Shown in pieces: positions 22,911 to 33,577 of a stretch of 64,000 nucleotides of DNA (position 1 is its first letter; every line of letters starts with the position of its first letter). The position numbers and the translations under genes are program-made. The notes beneath the pieces were generated by a model, which saw only the letters and a list, made by a program, of their open reading frames with translations, did no database searches and was not told the DNA's origin. This DNA comes from Bacteroidota bacterium (GTDB taxonomy: Bacteria > Bacteroidota > Bacteroidia > AKYH767-A > 2013-40CM-41-45): positions 512,308 to 576,307 of the forward strand of contig JADJFC010000002.1 in the NCBI GenBank assembly GCA_016708785.1. Reading direction: 5' to 3'.

Positions 22911-25900
22911 TTATTCACCATTCGTTACAACAACAAGCTTAGCCTGAAGTCCCGTTTCCTCTCTTACAAAATAAACCCCTTTGGCAAGTTGAGAAACATT
23001 CAACTCTTTAGTCGTTTGTTCTGCTAATACTTCTTTGCCGGTGATGTCATAAACGGTCACTCGATAAAAATCATTCATGTAGACTTTTCCATCGACCGAT
23101 GGATTAGGATAAAGCATTAGTTGCCCATTCTGACTTGAAAAATCCAATTCAAACATTGCTGTCAACGTTAGATCACTTGTCATGTTAACGGATATCGTTG
23201 AACTAGTCGAACTGATTTCTTCCCATCTCACAAATTTGTAGCCGGGTTTTGCAATTGCAGTCAGTGTCACGGGTACGTTTTCAAAGTATGTTCCTGTCCA
23301 TGGATAAACATGATCACTCACTCCGGGCAGAGTAGAGGAAATGAAAAGTGAATTAACAATAATATTTCCGTGCGACATGTCGTCAACGTTGGCATGTAAC
23401 AAATGTGTTCCACTCAAATTAAATTGAGATTTTACATGTGCTCGTTGAAAATCTACTCTGACTCTGGCAAAAATTCTTAACTCTTCAATGTTGTCATACC
23501 ATTTCTGCATATTGTCAGGAGTTCTCCAACGTCCGATGTGGCGCGGCATTTCAGGTTCTATTGCCGCTGCGATCTCATCAATTCTATCCAACATTCTTTG
23601 CGTGTCAAAAGAACTGTTCATCAGATCAGCATACCTTGAAATAAATTGTTGTTTGAATTCCGAATTGATAAGTAATCTTTTGAAAATTGAATCGCTCATT
23701 TCAGTGATTATGAAATTGAGATTGTTGAAATCAGGGTCGTAAAATCCACCATCAAAATCACTCGCCATAAATCTCCATCGACCATCTTGGCCTTCCTTGA
23801 CATATGATCCCGGATGACCATTGCGCATTTTCCAATACGATTGATTGTGATTTATATTTCTTTTGTTTGTGAATGCTGTTGCAGACCAGTAGTCAATAAG
23901 ATTGCTGATGTCTAAGTGATCAGTAACGTAATTGTAATTTGATTGAATGGTTAGATCATTTTGACCTATAAAATTTTTTAGTGCTATGAAACTCGCTTCT
24001 TCGCCCGCTTGACCTGTGATAAGTTGATATTGACCGTCAAGATTATCTTCCATCATAATAAGACTATCACGATTGATTCCATAATTTTTTTGAATTCCCC
24101 AAGCGTCATTTAATTCCCTGATGTTGTGAATTCCCCAGTATTCTCCATTCACAAATGCAACAGTTGGAGCATATGCCTGGTATTTTAAATCCAAATGATC
24201 AAATAACGATTGAACAAGGCCGTCACGACACATTGTATTTCCCGGAATTCCCCATTCATTTCCATTGTTACGAAGAATAATTCGTTTGAATTCATCCAGT
24301 GTTTCTTGTGTACCCGGCTTTTTTAGACTTTTAAAGAAATTGTAATTAAAGTTGTTTTCTAAATCATATTCACTTCTTGCATAAACTGTCAATGCTTTTT
24401 GCCCGAGATTTCTTATCCATTCACCTCTTGTTCTTATCCCGATCTCTTGTGAAAGTACTTGTTGTCCGTTAGGTTTAAAGAATTCAAAATTCGCAGGTCG
24501 CTCTGATTTTAAACCCGACAATTCATAATTTCCGGTGAATGCATTTCCATTGAACGTTGCTCCGGGAATATAAATTCCTGTATAGAAATTGAAAAGATTC
24601 TCAGGATCAGTAACAAGCGAAATAACAGGGATTTTAAATTTATCTTCAATATCTGAATCAATAAAGTAGGTCGATGTTACAATGTTTCCTAATCCTTGTC
24701 CCGGTGTGTAAACTCTCGAACGCAAAACTCCGGCCTTGATCAATGTTGTATTCGGAGTCCTGTAGAAATTATGCATTGGACCATTCAATGTTATTGGCGC
24801 TGATCGTATGTATGAATAAGGTTGATGTGGAAAATCAGATGCAGTAATATTCAATTCCGGCTGGCCCACAGGAATTGAATCTTCTTCAAAATGTATCGGT
24901 GACGAATAGACGAAAGAACGATCTGTCGGATCAGAACCATCAAGCGTATAATAGATTACACTTCCAGGAGGTGCAGTGATGCTGACGTCGATGGGAGTTT
25001 GATAAAAACCGGAAAGACGTGAATATAATGGCAATTGTGTTGTATCGCCATTCGGTAAAATTGAAAAAGACAATAAGTTTCTTGACTGATGTGTTGTATC
25101 ATTGTGATCAATTACTTTAATGAATGAACGTGTTGAGTAAATATTTGGAACTGTCCAGGTGAAAGATTCATCTGTTGCCAAAACATTCGATGCCAACTGT
25201 TGCCAGTTTACTCCGCCATCATCGGAAAATTGAAGATCTACAGATTGAATTGAACTTCCTGCTGACCAATAAATATTAATCGTTGAATCTCCTTTGTATT
25301 TCATAAAAGCTTGCGGATGGCCTAAGATCAGATCCGATGTCGGTACAGGAATTCCTCCTACAGGGAAAATTGCTCCGAGATCTTCTCCGTTAATTCCTTT
25401 TCCGCGTAATGGAGAGATAGGACTGAGCTGAAAATTATCTGAACTTGCATCAACAAAAAATGGATCCAGTGAATAATTATTAGCTACCGTATCTACAATA
25501 TTCTCTTGTAAATTAGAGTAGGAGAGTTCTAATGTTGCATCAGTTGACAATGAAAATGATCCATTTTGATTTTCCCAGAAAATATTGTTGTACGCAACTG
25601 CATGTCCACCTCCAAGTCCTGTATTCTTTTCATAGACTTCAATTCCATATCCGCAGTCATAGATTGTGTTATTATAAATAGTTGCAATGGAACTGTCTTT
25701 TACTGCAATGCCTGATCCTGCACGGTAAATTAAAGTTCCTGTTACCACAACATCAAGCGCCCCTTCACCAATAGAAATTCCATTGTCGCTAAAGTTGTAG
25801 ATCTTGCAATTTTCTACACGTGCTCGTGAACCTGGGGGCATAAAGTCAACTTTTCCAAAATCGATTCCATCGATATTGAATCCCTTACCATTTCGTACAG

Positions 25901-26513
25901 TAGTGTTTCGTATAATTGTTCCGGCAGGAACATTATCGAAGTCAATGCCATCGGCAGTTGTGAATTCGAACAGGCAATTTTCAACCAATGCAACTGTCCT
26001 CACAATATTGATTTCATAATAGTCGCTGACCTGCGTACTATTTACATAAATTGAATTCGCATCTATTACGAAGAGGATTGGATTATCACCCTGATTATAA
26101 TCGTGAAGTTTGCAATATTGAATATTTCCAATTCCACCATTCGATACTTTGATCTGACCACCTTCTACATCGGTGTATGACATTTCAATAACTGATCCCG
26201 GTTGTGATGCATGAAAATTGTACCAATAAGTTCCAGGTACTGCAGCTGAAATCGAAACAGGTGATGCGTCACTGCCTTGAATTCTGATCACCGAATTTGA
26301 ATCAGCGGTAACTGAAATTCCGGGATTCAATTTGACCACCGATCCTGCCTGAATCGTCAACGTTTTGCCGGTTAAAACCTGAACATTCCTGTCCAGCAAA
26401 ACTGTACCTGACCAAGTTGTATCTTGGGTCACTAATAACTTTGGTGTCGCCTTTGAAGTTAGACAAAGACATAATAAAATAGGGAAAATTAACTTAAAAC
26501 AGCACTTTAGCAT
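22911..26513 (-). CDS. Secreted CotH-kinase-like protein with an N-terminal parallel beta-helix region and a T9SS C-terminal sorting domain
   Basis: 1200 aa; signal peptide MLKCCFKLIFPILLCLCLTSKA. CotH-like segments (FISRYADLMNSSFDTQRMLDRIDEIAAAIEPEMPRHIGRW, YWGIHNIRELNDAWGI) parallel those of the 2-8597 gene. C-terminal LMLYPNPSVDGKVYM...GVYFVRE matches a Por secretion tail. Confidence 0.8.
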   Translation of the reverse strand: MLKCCFKLIFPILLCLCLTSKATPKLLVTQDTTWSGTVLLDRNVQVLTGKTLTIQAGSVVKLNPGISVTADSNSVIRIQGSDASPVSISAAVPGTYWYNFHASQPGSVIEMSYTDVEGGQIKVSNGGIGNIQYCKLHDYNQGDNPILFVIDANSIYVNSTQVSDYYEINIVRTVALVENCLFEFTTADGIDFDNVPAGTIIRNTTVRNGKGFNIDGIDFGKVDFMPPGSRARVENCKIYNFSDNGISIGEGALDVVVTGTLIYRAGSGIAVKDSSIATIYNNTIYDCGYGIEVYEKNTGLGGGHAVAYNNIFWENQNGSFSLSTDATLELSYSNLQENIVDTVANNYSLDPFFVDASSDNFQLSPISPLRGKGINGEDLGAIFPVGGIPVPTSDLILGHPQAFMKYKGDSTINIYWSAGSSIQSVDLQFSDDGGVNWQQLASNVLATDESFTWTVPNIYSTRSFIKVIDHNDTTHQSRNLLSFSILPNGDTTQLPLYSRLSGFYQTPIDVSITAPPGSVIYYTLDGSDPTDRSFVYSSPIHFEEDSIPVGQPELNITASDFPHQPYSYIRSAPITLNGPMHNFYRTPNTTLIKAGVLRSRVYTPGQGLGNIVTSTYFIDSDIEDKFKIPVISLVTDPENLFNFYTGIYIPGATFNGNAFTGNYELSGLKSERPANFEFFKPNGQQVLSQEIGIRTRGEWIRNLGQKALTVYARSEYDLENNFNYNFFKSLKKPGTQETLDEFKRIILRNNGNEWGIPGNTMCRDGLVQSLFDHLDLKYQAYAPTVAFVNGEYWGIHNIRELNDAWGIQKNYGINRDSLIMMEDNLDGQYQLITGQAGEEASFIALKNFIGQNDLTIQSNYNYVTDHLDISNLIDYWSATAFTNKRNINHNQSYWKMRNGHPGSYVKEGQDGRWRFMASDFDGGFYDPDFNNLNFIITEMSDSIFKRLLINSEFKQQFISRYADLMNSSFDTQRMLDRIDEIAAAIEPEMPRHIGRWRTPDNMQKWYDNIEELRIFARVRVDFQRAHVKSQFNLSGTHLLHANVDDMSHGNIIVNSLFISSTLPGVSDHVYPWTGTYFENVPVTLTAIAKPGYKFVRWEEISSTSSTISVNMTSDLTLTAMFELDFSSQNGQLMLYPNPSVDGKVYMNDFYRVTVYDITGKEVLAEQTTKELNVSQLAKGVYFVREETGLQAKLVVVTNGE

Positions 26514-26666
26514 CTTAAACAGGGGTCGGTTAGGGAGACCAATTTAAGATGTTATCCCATACGAGTCAAGTTTAAGTGGTGATGTTGCTAAGGTTAAGGT
26601 TGTGTTACGTATACTAATTATTCGAAATTAGCGAAAAACACATATCTTAACCACCTCAATTTTGAA

Positions 26667-29600
26667 TTGATTCATAGAATGAAATTAATACCCCAGTCGC
26701 CTAAAAAAGCACTTAAAGCTTTTCTGAAACAAAAACCATTAAGAAGTGAAATTGACCTTTTTAAGGCTAATCTCATTATTCTTCTCGATAAAATTAATGT
26801 AATCGAAAAACGCCCTAAAGACGAAAGCGAAGAGCATCTGAAAAATGACCTTCGGGACTTTTTGCGAGATACGTATTACAAAGAATCAAATGCTATCAAT
26901 ACGAAAGACAAAAAGGATCTTGTCATCCATTTAGGAAAAACTACAGATAGTGAAGTGGGAGTGATCATAGAAGCAAAACGTCCGACGAATATCGGTGAAA
27001 TGATTTCTGCTGATAATCCCAATAAAAAAGCCCTGCACGAACTCATTTTGTATTATCTCGATGAAAGAAATAGTGCGGGAAACAATCAGCTGAAACAGTT
27101 GGTAATGACAAATGTCAACGAATGGTATATTATTGATGCCAATTTCTTCGACAAACATATTTACCGAAATGCTCAGATCAAAAATTGTATGAAACGAAAG
27201 TCAATGACAAAAAAGACAATCCTTTCTTTTATGGAAGAAATTGCAAAAATTATCTCCAAACTTGATGTTGAAATCCCTTGCGTTTATTTTGATATTCGCG
27301 AATACGATACTATTTTAAGAAATAATAAGAAAGAAGATGATCGCCAGCTAAGTGCTTTACTGAAAATTCTTTCGCCACAGCATTTGCTCAAAATTGCTAC
27401 GCCAAATGACAGTAATACACTAGATGAAAAATTCTATAAGGAATTACTTCACATCATTGGACTGGAAGAAGCAAAAGAAGGCGGTAAAAATATTATTCGT
27501 CGCAAAAAAGATAATCGTAATGCTGCATCATTAATTGAATCGACAATTGAAGCACTCCTGACCGACGATCCATTTCATCGGATTCCTGATCTTTCCATCT
27601 ATGGCGATACGAAAGAAGAAAGAGCATTCAATGTTTCGCTTGAATTGTGCATTACCTGGATCAATAGAATTCTTTTCCTCAAATTGCTCGAAGGACAATT
27701 GATCACATACCATCAAGGCAATAAGGATTATCGATTTTTAAATACAGAAACCATTCACGACTTTGATGAGCTCTTCAAATTGTTCCATAAAGTTTTGGCT
27801 GTAAATGTTGGCGATAGAAGTGAGGCTGTTAAGTCGAAATACAGTCGCGTTCCTTATCTGAATAGTTCGTTGTTTGAAATAAGTGAACTGGAAGATCAGA
27901 CCATTAAAATTAATGCGGTTGACAACAGCGGACAATTGGAACTTATTAGTACAACAATTTTAAAGGCTGTAAAAAGTAAATCCAATAAACTTCAGCCGCT
28001 CGATTATTTGTTTCAATTTCTCGATGCATACGATTTCGCAAGTGAAGGAACTGAAGATGTTCAGGAAGATAATAAAACCATTATAAATGCTTCTGTACTT
28101 GGAAAAGTATTCGAAAAGATAAACGGATATAAAGACGGATCCATTTTTACGCCTGCATTTATAACAATGTATATGTGTAAACAGTCAATTCGTTTGGCTG
28201 TTGTGGAGAAATTCAATGAAACTCTTTCGAAGAAAGATGAAAAACTGTTCGATAAATTTGATGATGTAAAGAACTACACTTCCCGCTTATTCAAAACGCA
28301 GGAGATTCTAAAGGCAAATGAAATTATTAATTCATTGCGTATTTGTGATCCCGCTGTTGGTTCCGGACACTTTTTAGTTTCTTCTTTGAATGAGATCATC
28401 AGTATAAAAGCAGAACTTGGAATTCTTGCAGATGAATCAGGAAACAGTATCAGCGGTTATGAGATCGAAATTGTTAATGATGAATTGATCATTACTGATC
28501 CGAAAAGTAGCATTCTCGAATATAAATTGCAGAATGGAAAACCGTTGAGCAAAGAAATTCAACGACTTCAAAAAGCGCTCTTCCATGAAAAGCAAACGAT
28601 CATTGAAAGTTGTTTGTTTGGAGTTGACATCAATCCTAATTCTGTGAAGATCTGTCGTCTTCGTTTATGGATTGAACTGTTGAAGAATGCATACTATAGA
28701 GAAGAAAGCGGTTTCACAGAACTTGAAACTCTTCCCAATATCGACATCAATATAAAATGCGGAAATAGTTTGCTCAGTCGTTTTGCTTTGGATTCTGACC
28801 TGAGCAAAGCTTTAAAGAGCATTAAGTACGACATCAAAGCCTATCGTGGTTTTGTAAGCGATTACAAGAACGAAAAGAGCCGCGATGTAAAACGCGGATT
28901 ACAAAGATCATCGACAGCATCAAAAGCGATTTCAGAACAGAGATCAGTCGCGACGATCCGAAGCAAATTAAATTGAGTAAACTCGGTGGCGAATTATTTA
29001 CCTTACTCAACCAAAGCCAGATCTTCGAACTTACTCCCAAAGAAAAGAAAGCTCAGAAAGACAAAAAGGAAAAGCTCGAAGCCGAAATAAAAAAACTCAC
29101 TGCTGAAGTCGAAGAAATAAAAAGTAATGCCATTTATAAGAATGCCTTTGAATGGCGGTTTGAATTTCCGGAGGTGTTGGGGAATGATGGGGAGTTTGTG
29201 GGGTTTGATTTGGTGATAGGGAATCCGCCGTATATACAATTGCAAAGTATGGGTAATGATGCTGAAGTACTTTCTCATGCGTTGTATAAAACATTTGCTA
29301 GAACTGGAGACATTTATTCACTTTTCTATGAAAGGGGAAATAGTATCCTGAAAAATGATGGTTATCTGTCTTTTATTACGTCTAATAAATGGATGAGAGC
29401 GGATTACGGGAAAATACAAGAAAGTTCATTTGTGAATTCACTAATCCTTTGTTATAAAGACTTTGGAATGGTTTTGGTTTTTGAAAATGCGACAGTTTTG
29501 AGTAATATTTTAATGTTTAAATCTAAACCAACAAAAGCTCTTAGCAGTACGAATTCCAGATTCATTTGATTTAAAATCGTCGTTGGAAGATTACTATGCT

Positions 29601-30196
29601 GAAAATTTGGTTCCTGTTGTAATTAGTGAAAATGCATGGCTCATACAAGATAAGGAAGTTCAAAAATTAAGCAAAGGGGCTTTGGCGTGGGACGATTTAT
29701 GGACAAACGGTTTGATGATGCATTTGTGATAGATGGAGCAAAACGAAGTGAGCTAATTATGAAGGATTCAAAGAGTGCAGAAATTATCAAACCTTTATTG
29801 AGGGGAAGAGACATCCAAAAGTACCATGCTGATTATAATGACTTATGGTTACTCTTTATACCATGGCATTTTCCTCTACATAAAGATAAATCAATTCAAG
29901 GCGCATCTACAATAGCTGAAACTGAATTTCAAAGGCAGTATCCTGCAATCTATGATCACCTTCTTGGTTTTAAAGAAAAACTTAGTGCCAGAAATAAAGC
30001 TGAAACTGGTATCAGATACGAGTGGTATTGCCTACAGCGTTTTGGATCTAACTATTTTGAAGATTTTGAAAAGGAGAAAATCATTTACCCGAATATGACG
30101 AAATTTTTACCGTTTGTCTTTGATAAAGGGTCGTTTTATACTAACCAAAATGTTTTATTATTACAGGTGAACACTGTGGCAGCTTTCAAATTCTAA
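26667..30196 (+). CDS. Type IIG/IIL restriction-modification fusion enzyme (Eco57I/MmeI-like), about 1176 aa if contiguous. Currently split into three ORFs (26667-28976, 28973-29569, 29687-30196) by at least three frame breaks.
   Basis: N-terminal PD-(D/E)xK nuclease signature (DLVIHLGK...VIIEAKRP). N6-adenine methyltransferase motif I DPAVGSGHFLVSSL and motif IV VIGNPPYIQLQSM. C-terminal Eco57I/TaqI-like specificity region (KPLLRGRDIQKYH). The 29570-29686 gap translates in a third frame as IPDSFDLKSSLEDYYAENLVPVVISENAWLIQDKEVQKLSKGALAWDDLW, bridging the pieces. Confidence 0.75.
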
Positions 30197-30645
30197 GTTT
30201 AGTAGTTTCGCTACGTTAAAAAGTGTCAGACACGGAAGATTTTTGAATTAGTGGAAACTAAAGATGAAACGAGAAGAAGATACGAAAAGAGTTCTTTATT
30301 GAACAGAAATTGCTTCATTTCGAGTTATCAGAAGAGAATTGAATAAATAATGCAGAATATTAAAATGGTAAATTATTGTAATTTTCGAACTGATGAGATT
30401 GTAAACGTAATTCTTTTATTTGGCGCATTTTTTGCTCTTTTTAAACTCATTATTTCAATGCTTTTGAACTGGAGGCTGGTTTTGCCCCCCCGGGATAAAA
30501 CACTTTTCGTAATTCAGGCTCGGAAATTATCTTTAAAACAAAATTTAAAAAGACTGGAATTGAAAAGGCGGTGAGATACGAAAGTTGTTCCCTGTTATTA
30601 TAAAGGTTTGTCGTTAGTATAAAACGCCGTTTTAAATGACTTTAT

Positions 30646-31268
30646 TTGTGGCAAAAGATGGTCATAGCATATATTAGAGTAAGTACTGAAAAGCAGAATA
30701 CGGAAAATCAAAAATTTGAAATTGAGAAATACTGCAAAGTGAATGGAATTGTTGTCGAAAAATGGGTCGAAGAAAAAATTAGTGGCTTAAAAAAAATGAA
30801 AGAAAGAATGTTAGGTGGTTTGTTGAGTAAGTTAAAGAAGATGATTTATTAATTATTTCTGAATTATCAAGATTGGGTAGAAACTTGATGGGAATAATGA
30901 AAATTCTTCATGATTGTATGGAAAATGATATTCGTGTAGTTGCGATTAAAGAAGGTTATGTGCTTGGAAATAATATTAATTCAAAGGTATTAGCATTTGC
31001 ATTTGGACTTTCAGCAGAAATTGAAAGAAATTTAATATCACAAAGAACAAAGGAAGCATTAGCAAGAAGAAAAGAAGAGGGTGTTATTTTAGGAAGACCC
31101 AAAGGAAGTAAAACTAAAATACATAAATTAAAGGACAGAGAAGAAATAATTATTATGTTGGTTGGGAAAGGAAAATCTTTTACTTATATTGCTAAAAGAA
31201 TGTCAGTGCATAGGACAACAATATCCAATTATTTGAAGGAAAGAAAATTAAGCCCCCGAAGAAATTAA
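30646..31268 (+). CDS. Small serine recombinase (resolvase/invertase family) with a C-terminal HTH. One frame break at the AAA run 30834-30836 (ORF pieces 30646-30852 and 30873-31268).
   Basis: Catalytic-Ser motif IAYIRVSTEKQ. The downstream piece continues DDLLIISELSRLGRNLMGIMKIL...RTKEALARRKEEGVILGRPKG and an HTH (SFTYIAKRMSVHRTTISNYL). One extra A restores the frame (..LSKLKEDDLLII..). Confidence 0.8.
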
Positions 31269-31563
31269 AATCGTTGAAGGGAAATAAGAATTTAATCCAT
31301 GGCATTCATCAAGTATGATTTTGTTTATTAATTGACAAAGAAAGGAATGCGGTAGCAAAGGTAGAGGATAAGATTGTGTAGTATTTTTGTTTTCCGTTAA
31401 CTGGTGAACAGTCTTAATTTTGTGGACAGTTGTAGACTAAAACCAACTGTAATTTTTCAAATTGATTATTAATTCTATTTAAAGAGGGGAATTTCAACAT
31501 TTTAGGATTAATGGACACACATATTTTCACTTTTGATTATCTTTGAACTTTACAAGATAAATC

Positions 31564-32028
31564 ATGAACCTAAAGGATAAATTAAAGAAAGAGATTCAAT
31601 CCAACGAAAATTCAAAAGTCGATTGGGAAAAGCGGAAATCTGAGTGGATAAATTCTGTGAATGAACTAAATGAAATGATTATTGAGTGGTTTAGTGATTA
31701 CAAAGCAGAAGGCCTTTTGGATTTTAAATTTTCTGAAAAAGAGAATACTGAAGAGTATATTGGTAATTACAAAGTAAATATTCTGCATTTGTGTTTTACA
31801 ACAGGCAAGGAAATTGTAATTGAACCTATTGGTACATTGATAATTGGTGCATGGGCGAGATTTGATGTTTATGCCAGGGGATATAATTCCGGCAAATATT
31901 TTATTTTAAGATATAAAGAGGAATCAGGAGAATTTACATGGCATATTTCTAATCCACAGAATAGGAGAGATGTGCAGGTTTTATCTAAAGAAGTTTTAGA
32001 ATCTATATTTGAAAAATGGTTGAGTTAA
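31564..32028 (+). CDS. Hypothetical 154-aa protein with no recognisable motifs. Its stop overlaps the start of the downstream HEPN gene by 13 nt.
   Basis: Clean ORF in the low-GC island; translational coupling with the next gene. Confidence 0.5.
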   Translation: MNLKDKLKKEIQSNENSKVDWEKRKSEWINSVNELNEMIIEWFSDYKAEGLLDFKFSEKENTEEYIGNYKVNILHLCFTTGKEIVIEPIGTLIIGAWARFDVYARGYNSGKYFILRYKEESGEFTWHISNPQNRRDVQVLSKEVLESIFEKWLS

Positions 32029-32564
32029 ACTCGGATAGACTAACTGAGTCTTATCTAAATTTTATAGCAATTAAGGAATCACTAGCATACGTTCAAAAGA
32101 ATCATTCAGAAGAAATGATGATGCATTTCTGAATAAATTGGATTTCCGTATGTTAATCAGTCAATTAAAGACCGCAAAGCATTCGTGAATTCAAAAATGG
32201 AGGAAATGGTTAATTCTATGGATGAATTAATTGTTCTTGGTTTGGTGTCTGACTTCGAAAAAATCGTTTTCGATAGACTTGAAATGCCAGTGGTGAAATA
32301 TCGAAAATTGTAAAAGAAAAGTATAAAGGTGTGCCTTTCAATAAATTTTCCCTTGATTTTGTTAAGACTGCAAAAGAAATAGATAAATTATCTGTTATTA
32401 AATCTATTATTTCTCCTAAACTTCCTGCAGAGCTAGTGGAAAAATTTGCTGAAGTCGTGGAATTCCGGAACAGACTTGCGCACGGAAAAAGATTTGGGAA
32501 ACAATCAATGTTGACTTATGATGAAATTGCGCAGACTTTAGATGATGTGTTGAATTTTATTTAA
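32016..32564 (+). CDS. HEPN-superfamily protein (about 182 aa reconstructed) carrying an Rx4H motif. Three single-A deletions at AAA runs (32113-15, 32176-78, 32296-98) split it; only 32331-32564 is called in the ORF track.
   Basis: C-terminal FRNRLAHG (R-x4-H). Reconstructed as MVELNSDRLTESYLNFIAIKESLAYVQKNHSEE-NDDAFLNKLDFRMLISQLKTAK-AFVNSKMEEMVNSMDELIVLGLVSDFEKIVFDRLEMPVVK-ISKIVKEKYKGVPFNKFSLDFVK...; each junction is fixed by adding one A. Confidence 0.55.
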
Positions 32565-32745
32565 ACTAAAGGATTCGGATGAAGCAATTTAATTTCGCTA
32601 TGGCATCATAGATTTTATCAGAAAATTGCATTTATGTGTGATTTTTTTTATAGAAGATGAAGATTTTAAAGTAATCGCTAAAAGCAAAAGATTTCCAACC
32701 TTTAAATAGAAACTAGAAAAAGATAATATTGTTTTTAAACTTCAA

Positions 32746-33066
32746 ATGGTTGGATCAGATAACATATTAGGTTTGATTTTGTTGATATACTTTAAAGAGG
32801 AAAAATTTATCAAAATTAACTTAATTCAATCATCGAAAGAAAACGTTGGTAATAAGAAATTATATGACAGGATAGCCGGATGTCTCATTTCTTATGCTTG
32901 CAGGCTTTCGTTTGTTGCAGGATATGGAGGTTGCGTTGCTCTGCAACCTAAAACAGTAATTGCTAAACATTATATTGATAAGTATCAATTTAAAATAGGC
33001 GGTAAGAATTTGTACATAGAATTAGTTGATGCAGAAAATTTAATTGAAGAGTATCTAAATAACTGA
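32746..33066 (+). CDS. Hypothetical 106-aa protein, possibly a RelE/HigB-fold toxin and upstream partner of the HTH gene
   Basis: Size, and a C-terminal ..QPKTVIAKHYIDKYQFKIGGKNLYIEL.. segment that weakly recalls RelE/HigB. Separated by 4 bp from the next gene. An in-frame TAG lies 45 nt upstream with open frame before it. Confidence 0.35.
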   Translation: MVGSDNILGLILLIYFKEEKFIKINLIQSSKENVGNKKLYDRIAGCLISYACRLSFVAGYGGCVALQPKTVIAKHYIDKYQFKIGGKNLYIELVDAENLIEEYLNN

Positions 33067-33070
33067 GAAA

Positions 33071-33577
33071 ATGAAAACTAGAAAGAAACAAATAAAAGTT
33101 AAAGTTAAGGGTACTGAAATTTTGCCTAGCCAATTATCTGCGAAGCAACAAAAGGAAGCTGATAAAGAGTTTTCAAATTTTCGCTTGAACCAGTTAGGTA
33201 AGATGACTGAAAAGGAAAAGGTTTATTCTCGAATTTTGCAAATAAAGTACACGATGGAAGAATATTTTAAGAGCGATACTTATGATGCTAAATATTCATT
33301 TAGTCACTTTTTAAGAGAATATATACATTCTATTAACAAAAAAGATAATGAATTCTCTAAAGAAATAAGTTTACATTTTACGCAGCTAAGTCGAATTCTA
33401 AATAATAAAGAAGAGCCCGGCAAAAAGATATTTGTTAGGTTAGAATTGCATTCTAATAATTGGATCCCTGCTTTATATTGGTATCGTGTTTTAGAAAAGA
33501 AAAGAGAATTGGAAATTATTAATGATAAAAGTTTGAGGTCGGCCGAAAAGAAGAGAGTAAAATCTGTAATTGCATAA
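33071..33577 (+). CDS. XRE-family HTH protein (HigA-like antitoxin-type) with an N-terminal extension
   Basis: FSKEISLHFTQLSRILNNKEEPGKKIFVRLELHSNNWIPALYWYRV resembles the HigA/XRE HTH plus the following 'efW..lq' segment. Confidence 0.5.
   Translation: MKTRKKQIKVKVKGTEILPSQLSAKQQKEADKEFSNFRLNQLGKMTEKEKVYSRILQIKYTMEEYFKSDTYDAKYSFSHFLREYIHSINKKDNEFSKEISLHFTQLSRILNNKEEPGKKIFVRLELHSNNWIPALYWYRVLEKKRELEIINDKSLRSAEKKRVKSVIA

Noticed and set aside
26667-30196. Labelling the RM gene, the HEPN gene and the resolvase as pseudogenes
   Set aside because: The same error signature disrupts rho and the ClC gene, so I cannot tell decay from artefact. Only the RES gene, which has a base substitution, was called a pseudogene.
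31564-32028. Calling the protein upstream of the HEPN gene an MNT nucleotidyltransferase antitoxin
   Set aside because: No GS(X)n DxD/E nucleotidyltransferase motif is present; left as an unknown partner.
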